Assembly: GCA_030833315.1 (NCBI GenBank)
Contig: JAURHM010000004.1
Coordinates: 6,720 to 70,719 of the forward strand
Source of the DNA: Burkholderiales bacterium
Lineage (GTDB): Bacteria > Pseudomonadota > Gammaproteobacteria > Burkholderiales > SG8-41
Direction of reading: 5' to 3'
Length of the DNA stretch: 64,000 nucleotides
Below the pieces are notes generated by a model, which was not told the DNA's origin, made no database searches, and saw only the letters and a list, made by a program, of their open reading frames with translations. Each line of letters opens with the position of its first letter. Position 1 is the first letter of the stretch. A program made the position numbers and the translations under genes. This document shows positions 10,458 through 20,248 of the stretch, piece by piece.

Positions 10458-11495
10458 ATGACTACCCTCACCATTACCCGCCCTGACGACTGGCATCTGC
10501 ATCTGCGCGACGGCGCTGCGATGTGCGATGTGCTGCCGCATACCGCTGCGCGCTTCGGCCGCGCTATTGTCATGCCTAATCTGAAACCGCCGGTGACCAC
10601 GACTGATCTGGCGCAGGCTTATCGCGAGCGCATTGTTGCCGCGCTGCCGCCCGGCAGCCGTTTCGAGCCGCTGATGACCCTGTATCTGACCGATAACACT
10701 TGCCCCGATGAAATTGTCAGGGCGAAGCAGAGCGGCGTGGTGCATGCGGTGAAGTATTACCCCGCAGGTGCCACCACCAATTCGGATTCCGGCGTGACCG
10801 CGATCGAGAAATGTTTTCCGGTGCTTGAGGCGATGGCCAAGGCGGGCATGCCGCTGCTGGTGCACGGTGAAGTCACGGATGCGTCAGTTGATATCTATGA
10901 CCGCGAACGCGTGTTCATCGATCGCACGCTGGCGCCGCTGGTCGAACGTATTCCCGGCCTGAAGGTGGTGATGGAGCACATCACCACTCGTGAAGCGGCG
11001 CAGTTCGTAATCTCGGCACCGTCGCGGATTGCCGCGACGATCACCGCTCATCACTTGCTGATGAGCCGCAATGCCATGTTCGCCGGCGGTGTTCGACCGC
11101 ATCTCTACTGCCTGCCGATCCTCAAGCGGGAGCTTCACCGCGAAGAGCTGATGGCCGCAGCGGTCAGCGGCAATCCGAAGTTTTTCCTCGGCACCGACAG
11201 TGCGCCGCATGCCCGGCACACCAAGGAAAACGATTGCGGTTGCGCCGGCATGTACACCGCACACGCCGGGATTGAGCTTTATGCCGAGGCGTTTGCCGCG
11301 GCGAACGCTCTGGACCGCCTGGAAGGTTTTGCCAGTTTTTTCGGTGCTGATTATTACGGCCTGCCGCGTAACGCTGAAAAAATTACGCTGGTGAATGAGA
11401 GCTGGAACGTGCCTGCCAGCGTGCCATTTGGTCCCGACACGCTGGTGCCGCTGCGTGCCGGTGCGACGGTCAGTTGGAAGATCGCCGGCGCTTGA
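10458..11495 (+). CDS. pyrC: dihydroorotase (homodimeric type)
   Basis: [14 protein letters not shown] (HxH metal site), [10 protein letters not shown], 345 aa. Confidence 0.93.
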   Translation: MTTLTITRPDDWHLHLRDGAAMCDVLPHTAARFGRAIVMPNLKPPVTTTDLAQAYRERIVAALPPGSRFEPLMTLYLTDNTCPDEIVRAKQSGVVHAVKYYPAGATTNSDSGVTAIEKCFPVLEAMAKAGMPLLVHGEVTDASVDIYDRERVFIDRTLAPLVERIPGLKVVMEHITTREAAQFVISAPSRIAATITAHHLLMSRNAMFAGGVRPHLYCLPILKRELHREELMAAAVSGNPKFFLGTDSAPHARHTKENDCGCAGMYTAHAGIELYAEAFAAANALDRLEGFASFFGADYYGLPRNAEKITLVNESWNVPASVPFGPDTLVPLRAGATVSWKIAGA

Positions 11496-11536
11496 AGCCG
11501 CATCTACCGCATCGCCGCCGTTCAGGCGCGGGCGCC

Positions 11537-12115
11537 ATGCCGGGGTCGGATCCGGTGCATTACCGCAGTGTTGATTTTCCACGTGGCGATCTTTGGGTAT
11601 TTACCTACGGATCGCTGATGTGGGACCCCGGCTTCGCACACATCGCCGCAGAGCCGGGGCTGCTGCGCGGATATCACCGCGCGTTCTGCATTTATTCCAG
11701 CCGCTATCGCGGCACCGCCACCAAGCCGGGACTGGTGCTGGGGCTGGATCCCGGCGGCGCCTGCAAGGGTATCGTCTACCGGATTGCTGCCGCGGACAAA
11801 ACGGTTGCGCTTGAGGCCTTATGGCAACGTGAGATGCGCCGCGGCGTGTATCTGCCGAGGTTGCTGCCGGTGTTGACCCCGGGCGGACAGCGCAATGCAC
11901 TGGCTTTCGTGGCCAACCGCACGCATTCCGGTTACGCGGGACGCATGGCCATCGACGATGCGGCGCGCATCATCGCGATGTGCTGCGGGGAACGCGGGCC
12001 GAATGTGGATTACCTCGTGAATACGCTGTGTCATCTCGATGCTTTGGGCGTAAATGATCAACATCTCCATCAGTTGCTGGCGAGGGTGCGTGCCTGCGGC
12101 AAGGGCGCTGCTTGA
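11537..12115 (+). CDS. chaC: gamma-glutamylcyclotransferase, ChaC family
   Basis: VFTYGSLMWDPGF motif and size are typical of ChaC. ATG 11537 chosen because the ORF-track start 11474 overlaps pyrC. Confidence 0.75.
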   Translation: MPGSDPVHYRSVDFPRGDLWVFTYGSLMWDPGFAHIAAEPGLLRGYHRAFCIYSSRYRGTATKPGLVLGLDPGGACKGIVYRIAAADKTVALEALWQREMRRGVYLPRLLPVLTPGGQRNALAFVANRTHSGYAGRMAIDDAARIIAMCCGERGPNVDYLVNTLCHLDALGVNDQHLHQLLARVRACGKGAA

Positions 12116-12161
12116 GTGGCGGTTTTGCAGAGGGATGAACGGCTTGCGTGTTACCATCGTC

Positions 12162-12496
12162 GGTGAAGCTGGCCAGGCAGCCGCTGTGTGCGGAACAAAC
12201 CGTGAGGGGCAACCCTGACGTGCCGCGCATAGAGGAAAGTCCGGGCTCCACAGGGTAGGGTGACGGGTAACGCCCGTCCGCCGTGAGGCGAGGAATAGGG
12301 CCACAGAGACGAGTCCGCAAGCCGCAAGGTTTGCGGGGTGAAACGCGGTAACCTCCACCCGGAGCAACACCGAATAGGCAAGCGTTGACGCGTCCCGCCG
12401 AGCTTGCGGGTAGGTGGCTAGAGCCGTGCAGCAATGTGCGGCCCAGAGGAATGGCTGTCCACGACAGAACCCGGCTTAACGGCCAGCTTCACCTTT
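12162..12496 (+). ncRNA. rnpB: RNase P RNA, bacterial type A
   Basis: Universal core GAGGAAAGTCCGGGCTCCACAGGG...GGTAACGCC, ACAGAACCCGGCTTA, and P1 pairing of GGTGAAGCTGGCC (12162-12174) with GGCCAGCTTCACC (12481-12493). Colinear with E. coli rnpB as I remember it. Confidence 0.93.
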
Positions 12497-12709
12497 CCTT
12501 GGCAATTTCCGGCGTTGTCGGGGTCCGGCGACGACCGATTCCCGCTAATTGCCTGATTTTTAAGCACTATTACTTAATGCGCTACTTTCAGTACGCGTAA
12601 TATCCCTTTGTTTTTATTGGTTTATTTTTTCACGAAAAAACGCTTCGTACCGGCCGTAACAAGTGCGCGTAAGTCGTTGTCGTAAAAAAGGATTTTGGCA
12701 AATCGACAC

Positions 12710-12738
12710 TTGACCTTGCTGTCCCGCTTATTTATAGT
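12710..12738 (+). promoter_or_regulatory. Pmra promoter candidate (sigma70-type)
   Basis: -35 TTGACC (12710-12715), 17-nt spacer, -10 TATAGT (12733-12738), about 85 nt upstream of mraZ. Confidence 0.6.
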
Positions 12739-12761
12739 GGGGCGAAGTGGTAAAAAGTGGG
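12737..12761 (+). promoter_or_regulatory. MraZ operator: three direct GTGG[G/T] repeats at 10-bp period
   Basis: GTGGGgcgaaGTGGTaaaaaGTGGG at 12737, 12747 and 12757. This matches the TGGGN-N5 triple-repeat architecture described for E. coli MraZ and abuts the -10. Confidence 0.6.
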
Positions 12762-12821
12762 AGAAAAGCCACCGGAAGGGTCCGGCAGTGCTGTTTTCCC
12801 GCCTTGCAAGGGGGGGCGCGA

Positions 12822-13268
12822 GTGTTCCGCGGGGTCGCACAACTCAATCTCGACAGCAAAAGCAGGCTTGCCGTGCCGGCACGCCATCGCGATACGCTGC
12901 TCGAGCGTTGCGCGGGGCATCTCGTCATCACCGCGGATGCGGATCGCTGTCTGCTGATTTATCCGCTCCCAGACTGGGAGCTCATCCAGCAAAAACTCGA
13001 AGGCCTGTCGAATCTCGATCCGCGCGTGCGCGAACTGCAGCGGCGCCTGATCGGTTTTGCTGTCGACGTCGACATGGACGGCGCGGGCCGCGTGCTGATC
13101 ACGCCGGAGCTGCGCCGTTATGCCCAACTCGAAAAAAACGTGGTGCTGGTCGGCCAGGGGAAAAAATTCGAACTGTGGAATGACGAGCGCTGGACGCAGC
13201 TCATCGACAGCGCCGGCGGTTTCGGCGCCGGTGGTTTGCCGACGGAGCTGGAGGATTTCTCCTTGTGA
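12822..13268 (+). CDS. mraZ: transcriptional regulator MraZ
   Basis: GTG 12822 gives (M)[23 protein letters not shown], the canonical MraZ N-terminus. The ORF-track upstream extension is not conserved-looking. Confidence 0.93.
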   Translation: MFRGVAQLNLDSKSRLAVPARHRDTLLERCAGHLVITADADRCLLIYPLPDWELIQQKLEGLSNLDPRVRELQRRLIGFAVDVDMDGAGRVLITPELRRYAQLEKNVVLVGQGKKFELWNDERWTQLIDSAGGFGAGGLPTELEDFSL

Positions 13269-14203
13269 CCAGCAGCGCGCATGTCGCGGTGCTCGCGCAG
13301 GAAGCCATAGAGGCATTGAACATCCGGTCCGACGGCATTTATGTCGATTGCACGTACGGGCGCGGCGGTCACAGCCGTTTGATACTGGAAAAGCTGGGCG
13401 CGGGCGGGCGGTTGATTGCGCTGGACCGCGACCCTGAGGCGGTTCAGGCGGGCCAAGCACTGCGTGATCCGCGCTTTGTGATCGTGCGCAGTCCGTTCAG
13501 CCGGGTGCGCGAGGTGCTGCAGGAACTGGATGTGACGGCTGTGGACGGAATGCTGCTCGACATCGGCGTGTCGTCGCCGCAGCTCGACGATGCAAGCCGC
13601 GGCTTCAGTTTCCGTGGGGATGCACCGCTCGACATGCGCATGGATCCGCAGCACGGGCTCAGCGCGGCTGAATGGCTGGCGACAGCGGAAGAATCGGAAA
13701 TCAGGGAGGTCATCAGAAACCATGGCGAAGAACGGTTTGCTAAACAGATTGCAGCAGCGATTGTTGAGGCTCGGACGCGGGGACCTGTTGACACCACACG
13801 AAAACTTGCCGCGCTCGTGGCAGATGCCGTTCCCACGCGCGAGCCACGCCAGGATCCGGCGACGCGTACGTTTCAAGCTTTACGGATTCACGTCAATCAG
13901 GAGCTTGAGGAGCTTTCGGTAGTGCTTCCTCAGTGCGTAGCCTTGCTCGGGGCGGGCGGTCGGCTGGTGGTGATCAGTTTTCATTCGCTCGAGGACCGCA
14001 TCGTCAAACGTTTCATGCGCACGCAGTCGCAGGCGGATGCGCTGCCGGCGCGCCTGCCGGTACGTGCGCGCGACCTGCCGCAGCCGCGGATGCGGCTGAT
14101 CGGACGTGCGGTGCGCGCCAGCGACGCCGAAACTGCGGTGAACCCGCGGGCACGCAGCGCCGTGATGCGCGTTGCTGAACGCACGGAGGCGCTGGCGGCA
14201 TGA
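13265..14203 (+). CDS. rsmH: 16S rRNA (cytosine1402-N4)-methyltransferase
   Basis: [35 protein letters not shown] and [12 protein letters not shown] motifs. Second gene of the dcw cluster. Confidence 0.95.
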   Translation: MTSSAHVAVLAQEAIEALNIRSDGIYVDCTYGRGGHSRLILEKLGAGGRLIALDRDPEAVQAGQALRDPRFVIVRSPFSRVREVLQELDVTAVDGMLLDIGVSSPQLDDASRGFSFRGDAPLDMRMDPQHGLSAAEWLATAEESEIREVIRNHGEERFAKQIAAAIVEARTRGPVDTTRKLAALVADAVPTREPRQDPATRTFQALRIHVNQELEELSVVLPQCVALLGAGGRLVVISFHSLEDRIVKRFMRTQSQADALPARLPVRARDLPQPRMRLIGRAVRASDAETAVNPRARSAVMRVAERTEALAA

Positions 14204-14487
14204 CCGCACGCATCATTTTTCTTCTTCTCGCCGCGCTGGTGTTTTGCGCCATGGCGGTGGTGACATCCCAGCACAAGGCACGCAAGCTGTATGTGGAACT
14301 GCAGAAAGAGCAGGCCACCACCAAGCAGCTGGATGTCGAGTGGGGGCAACTGCAGCTGGAGCAGGGCACCTGGTCGACCCATGCACGCGTTGAACGTATA
14401 GCGACGCGTGAGCTGAACATGCGCCTGCCGGTCGCCGGCCGTATCGAAGTAGTGTCGCCGCCCCGCGCGGCCGAGGCGCGGCAGTGA
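14200..14487 (+). CDS. ftsL: cell division protein FtsL
   Basis: 95-aa bitopic protein with one TM helix then a coiled-coil, ATGA overlap with rsmH, expected dcw position. Confidence 0.88.
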   Translation: MTARIIFLLLAALVFCAMAVVTSQHKARKLYVELQKEQATTKQLDVEWGQLQLEQGTWSTHARVERIATRELNMRLPVAGRIEVVSPPRAAEARQ

Positions 14488-16217
14488 AACCGGCACTCAA
14501 GCGCGATCCGGCGCCAAGCCTGCCGACTTGGCGGTCGAACCTGCTGCTGATCGTCATCGGCGCATGGTTCATCGGCCTTACCGGCCGTGCGTTGTGGCTG
14601 CAGACGTTGAACAATGATTTTCTGCAGCGCAAGGGCGAGTCCCGGTATTTGCGGGAGGTTGAAATCGGGGCCAGTCGCGGCATGATCGTTGACCGTAACA
14701 ATGAACCGCTGGCGATTTCGACGCCGATGGAGGCTGTTGCGGCTACCCCTGCGGATATCGAGCCGGATCCTTCAGACCTGCGCCGCCTTTCTCAGATGCT
14801 GGGCGTCAGCGCCGAAGAGCTGCGTGGCAAGCTCGCCGATACCAAGCGCGGATTCGTTTTTTTGAAACGCCAGCTTACGCCGGAGCAGGCTGAGCGCGTT
14901 GTGCAGCTTGGTATTCCCCGCGTGTTCCTGCAACGCGAGCACCGCCGCTACTATCCGGCCGGCGAAGTGATGGCGCATATCATTGGCTTTACAGGCGTCG
15001 ATGATAGAGGCCAGGAGGCCCTCGAGCTTGCATTTGAAGATCGGCTGGCCGGCAAGCCCGGCAGCCGCCGCGTGATTCAAGACCGCCTTGGTCGCATTGT
15101 TGAAGATGTTGAAAGCATCCGAGCGCCGCAGAACGGTGAAAAGCTCAAGCTGTCGATCGATGCGCGTATCCAGTATCTGGCGTTTCGTGAACTGAAAGAA
15201 GCGGTGGCCGCGCATCGCGCGAAAGCCGGCGGCATTGTGGTGCTCGATGCGCAGAGCGGTGAAGTGCTGGCGATGGCCAATCTGCCGACTTATAACCCGA
15301 ACAGCCGGGGCAAGGTCGATGCGCAGCGCACCCGCAACCGCGTCGTCACTGATCTGTTTGAGCCGGGCTCGACACTGAAGCCGTTCACAGCAGCAGCGGT
15401 GCTGGAAGCGGGACTGTTTGATTTCAGTACCGTGATCCAGACCGCGCCGGGCAGCATGACCATCGGCAAACGCACCATTCATGATGCGCATCCGCAGGGC
15501 GCGCTCACGGTTGCGCAGGTGATCCAGAAATCGTCCAACGTCGGCACCGCGAAAATGGGCCTGACGATGCCCCCGGAAATGCTGTGGAGCATGTTCAGCC
15601 GTGCCGGCTTCGGCGCGCCGCCGCGCTCGGGTTTCCCTGGAGAGGTTTCCGGACGCCTGCGTGCTCACGGCACCTGGAAGCCGATAGAACAGGCGACGAT
15701 GTCCTACGGTTACGGCATCTCGGTGTCGTTGATGCAACTGGCGCGCGCGTACACGATCTTTGCTTCCGATGGCGTGCTGTACCCGGTGACGCTGCTCAAG
15801 CGCAACGGTCCGCCCGAAGGTACGCAGGTGGTGTCGGCGAAGACCGCGCAGGCGGTGCGCCGCATGCTCGAAATGGCCGCGCAGCCCGGCGGCACGGCGC
15901 CGGGCGCGCAGGTCGCGGGATTTACGGTGGCGGGCAAGACCGGTACCGCGCACAAGCTCGAGGGCAAAGGTTATGCCTCGAACCGTTATGTGTCCTCGTT
16001 TGTCGGCATGGCGCCGGCCTCGAAACCGCGCGTCATCATTGCGGTGATGATCGACGAGCCGTCGGCCGGTCAGCATTACGGCGGTGCGGTGGCTGCGCCG
16101 GTATTCAGCCTGGTGGCAGCCGGCACGCTGCGTCTGCTGTCGGTGCCGCCGGATACGCCGGCCAAGACCACAGTGCTGGCGCCGGAAGAAGTGCCGGTTG
16201 TGCGGGAGGACGTGTAA
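14484..16217 (+). CDS. ftsI: peptidoglycan D,D-transpeptidase FtsI (PBP3)
   Basis: SxxK (STLK), SxN (SSN) and KTG (KTGT) motifs. GTGA overlap with ftsL. Confidence 0.95.
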   Translation: MKPALKRDPAPSLPTWRSNLLLIVIGAWFIGLTGRALWLQTLNNDFLQRKGESRYLREVEIGASRGMIVDRNNEPLAISTPMEAVAATPADIEPDPSDLRRLSQMLGVSAEELRGKLADTKRGFVFLKRQLTPEQAERVVQLGIPRVFLQREHRRYYPAGEVMAHIIGFTGVDDRGQEALELAFEDRLAGKPGSRRVIQDRLGRIVEDVESIRAPQNGEKLKLSIDARIQYLAFRELKEAVAAHRAKAGGIVVLDAQSGEVLAMANLPTYNPNSRGKVDAQRTRNRVVTDLFEPGSTLKPFTAAAVLEAGLFDFSTVIQTAPGSMTIGKRTIHDAHPQGALTVAQVIQKSSNVGTAKMGLTMPPEMLWSMFSRAGFGAPPRSGFPGEVSGRLRAHGTWKPIEQATMSYGYGISVSLMQLARAYTIFASDGVLYPVTLLKRNGPPEGTQVVSAKTAQAVRRMLEMAAQPGGTAPGAQVAGFTVAGKTGTAHKLEGKGYASNRYVSSFVGMAPASKPRVIIAVMIDEPSAGQHYGGAVAAPVFSLVAAGTLRLLSVPPDTPAKTTVLAPEEVPVVREDV

Positions 16218-17686
16218 TGGCTGCGTGCGGAGTCGACCTGCAGGCGGTGCGTGAGCTCGGCGTGCGCCGGATGACGGTGGACAGTCGCGCGGTGCGGCCG
16301 GGCGATACTTTTGTGGCCTATCCGGGTGAATCACGTGACGGACGGGAATACATTTCGCAGGCAGTATGCAACGGCGCTGCATCGGTGCTATGGGATGCCG
16401 ACGGTTATGAGTGGAACCGCCGCATCAAGGTTCCGAACCTTGGGATTGCGCAATTGCGCAGCCAGGCCGGGGTGATTGCGAGCGAGATTTACGGTAAGCC
16501 CAGTGCCCGGCTGTGGACCATCGGCATCACCGGTACCAACGGCAAGACTTCGTGCAGCCAGTGGATAGCGCAGGCCCTGACACGTGCGCGGCGCAAGTGT
16601 GCGGTGATCGGCACGCTGGGCAGCGGTTTCCCCGGGCGACTGGATACCCAGGCCAACACCACGCCGGATGCGGTGTCGCTGCATTCGCGGATGCGCTCCT
16701 TTGTGAGGAGTGGCGCGCAGGCGGTGTGCATGGAAGCGTCTTCACACGGGCTCGCGCAGGACCGTCTTGCCGGCGTTGAGTTTGACGTGGCGATGCTGAC
16801 CAATCTGACGCGCGACCATCTCGATTATCACGGCACGATGCGGCGTTACAAGGCGGCCAAGGCGCGGCTGTTCCGCTGGCCGACGCTCAGTCATGCGGTC
16901 GTCAATATGGATGACGCATTCGGCAGCGAGCTGGCGCAGCACTGGAAACACCGCCGCGCTGCGGTGCTTGGCTACGGTTTCGCACGCCGCAGTGCGCGTT
17001 TGCGTGGTCACTGCGTCGAAGGCCGCAATCTGCGCCTGGGACTCGACGGCATTTCATTTGATATCGCCTCGCCTTGGGGGCGGGCGACATTGGAGAGTCC
17101 GCTGATCGGCCGCTTCAATGCGACGAATCTACTCGGTTCCCTCGCCACGCTGCTCGCCAGCGATGTCGGCCTCGACCAGTCGGTGGCAGCGTTGCACAAG
17201 GCCACCCCGGTTCCGGGACGCACCGAACGCTACGGCGGCGGACGTGCGCCGCTGGTGATCATCGACTATGCCCATACCCCGGATGCGCTGGAAAAAGTGC
17301 TCGAAAGCCTGAGCGCTGTTACCGGCGGAAAAGCTCGATTGCTGTGCGTGTTCGGCTGCGGCGGTGACCGCGATCGAGGTAAACGCCCGCTGATGGGCGA
17401 GGTGGCCTCGCGCCACGCCGATCAGCTGATCCTCACCAGCGACAATCCGCGGAGTGAAGATCCCGCGGCCATCATTGCGCAGATCGCTAAAGGTGTGCGC
17501 GGCCGCCATGAGCAGATCATCGATCGGCGTCAGGCCATTCAGACGGCGCTGGCGGAGGCGCGGCGCGGCGACATCGTTCTGGTTGCCGGCAAAGGACATG
17601 AGCAGTATCAGGAAATCAACGGCGTGCGCCGGCGCTTCAGCGATGCCGCCGTGGTGCGTGCTGCGCTGGCGGGGAGGACACGGTGA
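16217..17686 (+). CDS. murE: UDP-N-acetylmuramoyl-L-alanyl-D-glutamate--2,6-diaminopimelate ligase
   Basis: ATG 16217 overlaps the ftsI stop. GITGTNGKTS P-loop and a DNPR motif consistent with meso-DAP-adding MurE (from memory). The ORF-track start 15584 lies inside ftsI. Confidence 0.95.
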   Translation: MAACGVDLQAVRELGVRRMTVDSRAVRPGDTFVAYPGESRDGREYISQAVCNGAASVLWDADGYEWNRRIKVPNLGIAQLRSQAGVIASEIYGKPSARLWTIGITGTNGKTSCSQWIAQALTRARRKCAVIGTLGSGFPGRLDTQANTTPDAVSLHSRMRSFVRSGAQAVCMEASSHGLAQDRLAGVEFDVAMLTNLTRDHLDYHGTMRRYKAAKARLFRWPTLSHAVVNMDDAFGSELAQHWKHRRAAVLGYGFARRSARLRGHCVEGRNLRLGLDGISFDIASPWGRATLESPLIGRFNATNLLGSLATLLASDVGLDQSVAALHKATPVPGRTERYGGGRAPLVIIDYAHTPDALEKVLESLSAVTGGKARLLCVFGCGGDRDRGKRPLMGEVASRHADQLILTSDNPRSEDPAAIIAQIAKGVRGRHEQIIDRRQAIQTALAEARRGDIVLVAGKGHEQYQEINGVRRRFSDAAVVRAALAGRTR

Positions 17687-19044
17687 TGTCCCTGGCCCAG
17701 GCCGCGACCGTGCTCGGCGGCGAATTGCGCGGCAGCGATGTGCGTTTCTCCAGCGTCTGCACCGACAGCCGCACGCTGAAATCGGGTGATCTATTCATTG
17801 CCTTGCGCGGCGAACGCTATGACGGCCATGATTTTGTCGCGAAGGCTGCGGCAGCCGGCGCCGTCGCCGCGCTGATTGACCGTTCGCATACGTCGGCCGC
17901 AACGCTCCCGGTCGCCGCGGTCGATGACACCACGGTCGCTCTGGGTGTGCTGGCCGCGCACTGGCGCCGGCAGTTCGCTATTCCGCTGGTCGCGGTGGCC
18001 GGATCCAACGGCAAGACCACGGTCAAGGAAATGATTGCCGCCTGCCTGCGCGCGCATTACGGCGATGCGGCGGTGCTGGCGACACGCGGCAATCTGAACA
18101 ATCACATCGGCCTGCCGCTGACGTTGCTGACCCTGCGCGAGGCACATCGCGTCGGCGTGGTGGAAGTCGGCATGAATCATCCCGGTGAAACGGCGGAGCT
18201 GGCGAAAATAGCCGCGCCGACGGTTGCCGTAATCAACAACGCTCAGCGCGAGCACCAGGAATTCATGCGTTCGGTCGCCGATGTTGCCGACGAACACGCC
18301 AGCCTGATCAAGGCTTTGCCTGCCGACGGCATTGCCGTGATCAACGCCGATGATGCGCATGCCGGCGTCTGGCGCGAGGCGGCGGGGTCGCGGCGGGTGC
18401 GCGATTTCGGGCTTGGTCAAAACGCAGCAGTCAGTGCCGTCTGCGAACTGCGCGCGGCTTCCGCGCATCTCGCTGTGCGTACGCCGGAAGGCGCTGCTGA
18501 GTTGGCGCTGCCGCTGGCCGGAGAACACAACGCACGCAATGCGCTCGCGGCCATTGCCGCTGCAACGGCAGCCGGCGCCACGCTGCAGTCCTGCGTGCGT
18601 GCGCTGTCGGGCTTTGCAGCGGTCAAGGGTCGCTTGCAGATCAAGCGCAGCCGCCAGGGCGCGCTGCTGATCGATGACACCTACAACGCCAATCCTGATT
18701 CAGTGCGTGCCGCAATTGATGTGCTGGCACGCGCGCCGGGGCGCAAGCTGCTGGTGCTCGGCGACATGGGCGAGGTCGGCGACCAGGGTCGGGATTTCCA
18801 TGTCGAGATAGGCGCCTATGCGCGCGAACGCGGCATTGATGCGCTGTATGCGCTGGGTGAGCTCGCGGCGCATGCTGTGCGCGAGTTCGGCGAAGGCGGT
18901 CGGCATTACGTGGCCATCGATACGCTGCTGGTGGATGTCGGTGCGGCGCTCGGTCCGCAGGCGGCGGTGCTGGTGAAGGGTTCGCGCTTCATGCAGATGG
19001 AGCGTGTGGTGCGCAGTTTCGAAGATTCAACGGCGGAGGCCTAG
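17683..19044 (+). CDS. murF: UDP-N-acetylmuramoyl-tripeptide--D-alanyl-D-alanine ligase
   Basis: VAGSNGKTT P-loop, overlap with the murE stop, expected dcw order. Confidence 0.95.
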   Translation: MMSLAQAATVLGGELRGSDVRFSSVCTDSRTLKSGDLFIALRGERYDGHDFVAKAAAAGAVAALIDRSHTSAATLPVAAVDDTTVALGVLAAHWRRQFAIPLVAVAGSNGKTTVKEMIAACLRAHYGDAAVLATRGNLNNHIGLPLTLLTLREAHRVGVVEVGMNHPGETAELAKIAAPTVAVINNAQREHQEFMRSVADVADEHASLIKALPADGIAVINADDAHAGVWREAAGSRRVRDFGLGQNAAVSAVCELRAASAHLAVRTPEGAAELALPLAGEHNARNALAAIAAATAAGATLQSCVRALSGFAAVKGRLQIKRSRQGALLIDDTYNANPDSVRAAIDVLARAPGRKLLVLGDMGEVGDQGRDFHVEIGAYARERGIDALYALGELAAHAVREFGEGGRHYVAIDTLLVDVGAALGPQAAVLVKGSRFMQMERVVRSFEDSTAEA

Positions 19045-19047
19045 GCG

Positions 19048-20133
19048 ATGCTGCTCGAACTCGCGCAATGGCTGGAACAGTATGCCCGTGCCTTCAATGT
19101 ATTCAGCTATCTGACGCTGCGCGCAGTGCTGGCCTGCCTGACATCGCTGCTGATTTCCTTCATGGTTGGCCCGATGCTGATCCGCAAGCTGACCGCCTAC
19201 AAGATCGGGCAGGCGGTGCGTGATGACGGTCCGCAGACGCATCTGGTCAAGGCCGGAACCCCGACCATGGGTGGAGCGCTGATTCTGGTGGCAATTATCG
19301 TCACCACGCTGCTGTGGGCTGATCTCCAGAACCGTTTTGTCTGGGTGGTGCTCACTGTCACCGTCGGTTTTGGCGCCATCGGCTGGGTGGACGACTACCG
19401 CAAGGTCGTGCACCGGAATCCGAAAGGCCTGTCGGCAAAAACGAAATTTTTCTGGCAGTCGGTGATCGGACTCGGCGCGGCGATTTTCCTGGCTTACTCC
19501 ACCAGCCTGCCGGCGCAGACGGCGTTCATCGTGCCCTTCTTCAAGCAGGTTGCTTATCCGCTGGGCGCAATTGGTTTTGTGGTGATGACCTATTGCGTCA
19601 TTGTCGGCACCAGCAATGCGGTGAACCTCACCGACGGCCTCGACGGCCTGGCGATCATGCCGACGGTAATGATCGGCAGCGCGCTCGGCGTGTTTGCCTA
19701 CGTCGCCGGCAACGCGGTGTTCGCCAAATACCTGGTGTTCCCGTACATCCCGGGCGCCGGCGAACTGACGGTGATCTGCGGCGCGCTGGCCGGCGCCGGC
19801 CTCGCTTTCCTGTGGTTCAACGCCTATCCCGCCGAAGTGTTCATGGGTGATGTCGGCGCGCTGGCGCTGGGCGCCGCGCTGGGCACCATCGCTGTGATCG
19901 TCAGGCAGGAAATCGTGCTGTTCATCATGGGTGGCGTGTTCGTCGTCGAAACGCTGTCGGTGATGCTGCAGGTGGCGTCGTACAAGCTGACCGGAAAACG
20001 CATCTTCCGGATGGCGCCGCTGCACCATCACTATGAACTGAAGGGCTGGAAAGAGAATCAGGTTGTCGTGCGTTTCTGGATCATCACGATGATGCTGGTG
20101 CTGGTCGGGCTTTCGACATTGAAGCTGCGATGA
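19048..20133 (+). CDS. mraY: phospho-N-acetylmuramoyl-pentapeptide transferase
   Basis: [13 protein letters not shown] motif, polytopic, 361 aa. Confidence 0.96.
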   Translation: MLLELAQWLEQYARAFNVFSYLTLRAVLACLTSLLISFMVGPMLIRKLTAYKIGQAVRDDGPQTHLVKAGTPTMGGALILVAIIVTTLLWADLQNRFVWVVLTVTVGFGAIGWVDDYRKVVHRNPKGLSAKTKFFWQSVIGLGAAIFLAYSTSLPAQTAFIVPFFKQVAYPLGAIGFVVMTYCVIVGTSNAVNLTDGLDGLAIMPTVMIGSALGVFAYVAGNAVFAKYLVFPYIPGAGELTVICGALAGAGLAFLWFNAYPAEVFMGDVGALALGAALGTIAVIVRQEIVLFIMGGVFVVETLSVMLQVASYKLTGKRIFRMAPLHHHYELKGWKENQVVVRFWIITMMLVLVGLSTLKLR

Positions 20134-20248
20134 AATGCATAGGCAAAGCCGCATACCAGCCATCGTGTCGCGCCCCCGGGGCACCGGCGGCGTTGCGCAT
20201 GGCTGCGGCATTAACACTGATAAGCATGCTGAAGGAGAGGGTGCGCTG

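Noticed and set aside
11819-12600. Several ORFs (183, 154 and 76 aa on the minus strand, 71 aa on the plus strand) between chaC and mraZ
   Set aside because: They cross the RNase P RNA gene, whose conserved core and P1 pairing explain the sequence. No coding evidence.
15584-16216. N-terminal extensions in the ORF track (murE from 15584; likewise DUF1365 from 1164, coaE to 41424, sulfatase from 57016, lpxC from 30543, ftsZ from 29197)
   Set aside because: The extensions overlap well-supported upstream genes or lack family-like sequence. Internal starts restore canonical N-termini and often give ATGA or GTGA coupling or a good ribosome-binding site.
14772-16382. 536-aa minus-strand ORF
   Set aside because: Antisense to ftsI/murE, Arg/His/Ala-rich with no motifs. 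A GC-rich shadow ORF.
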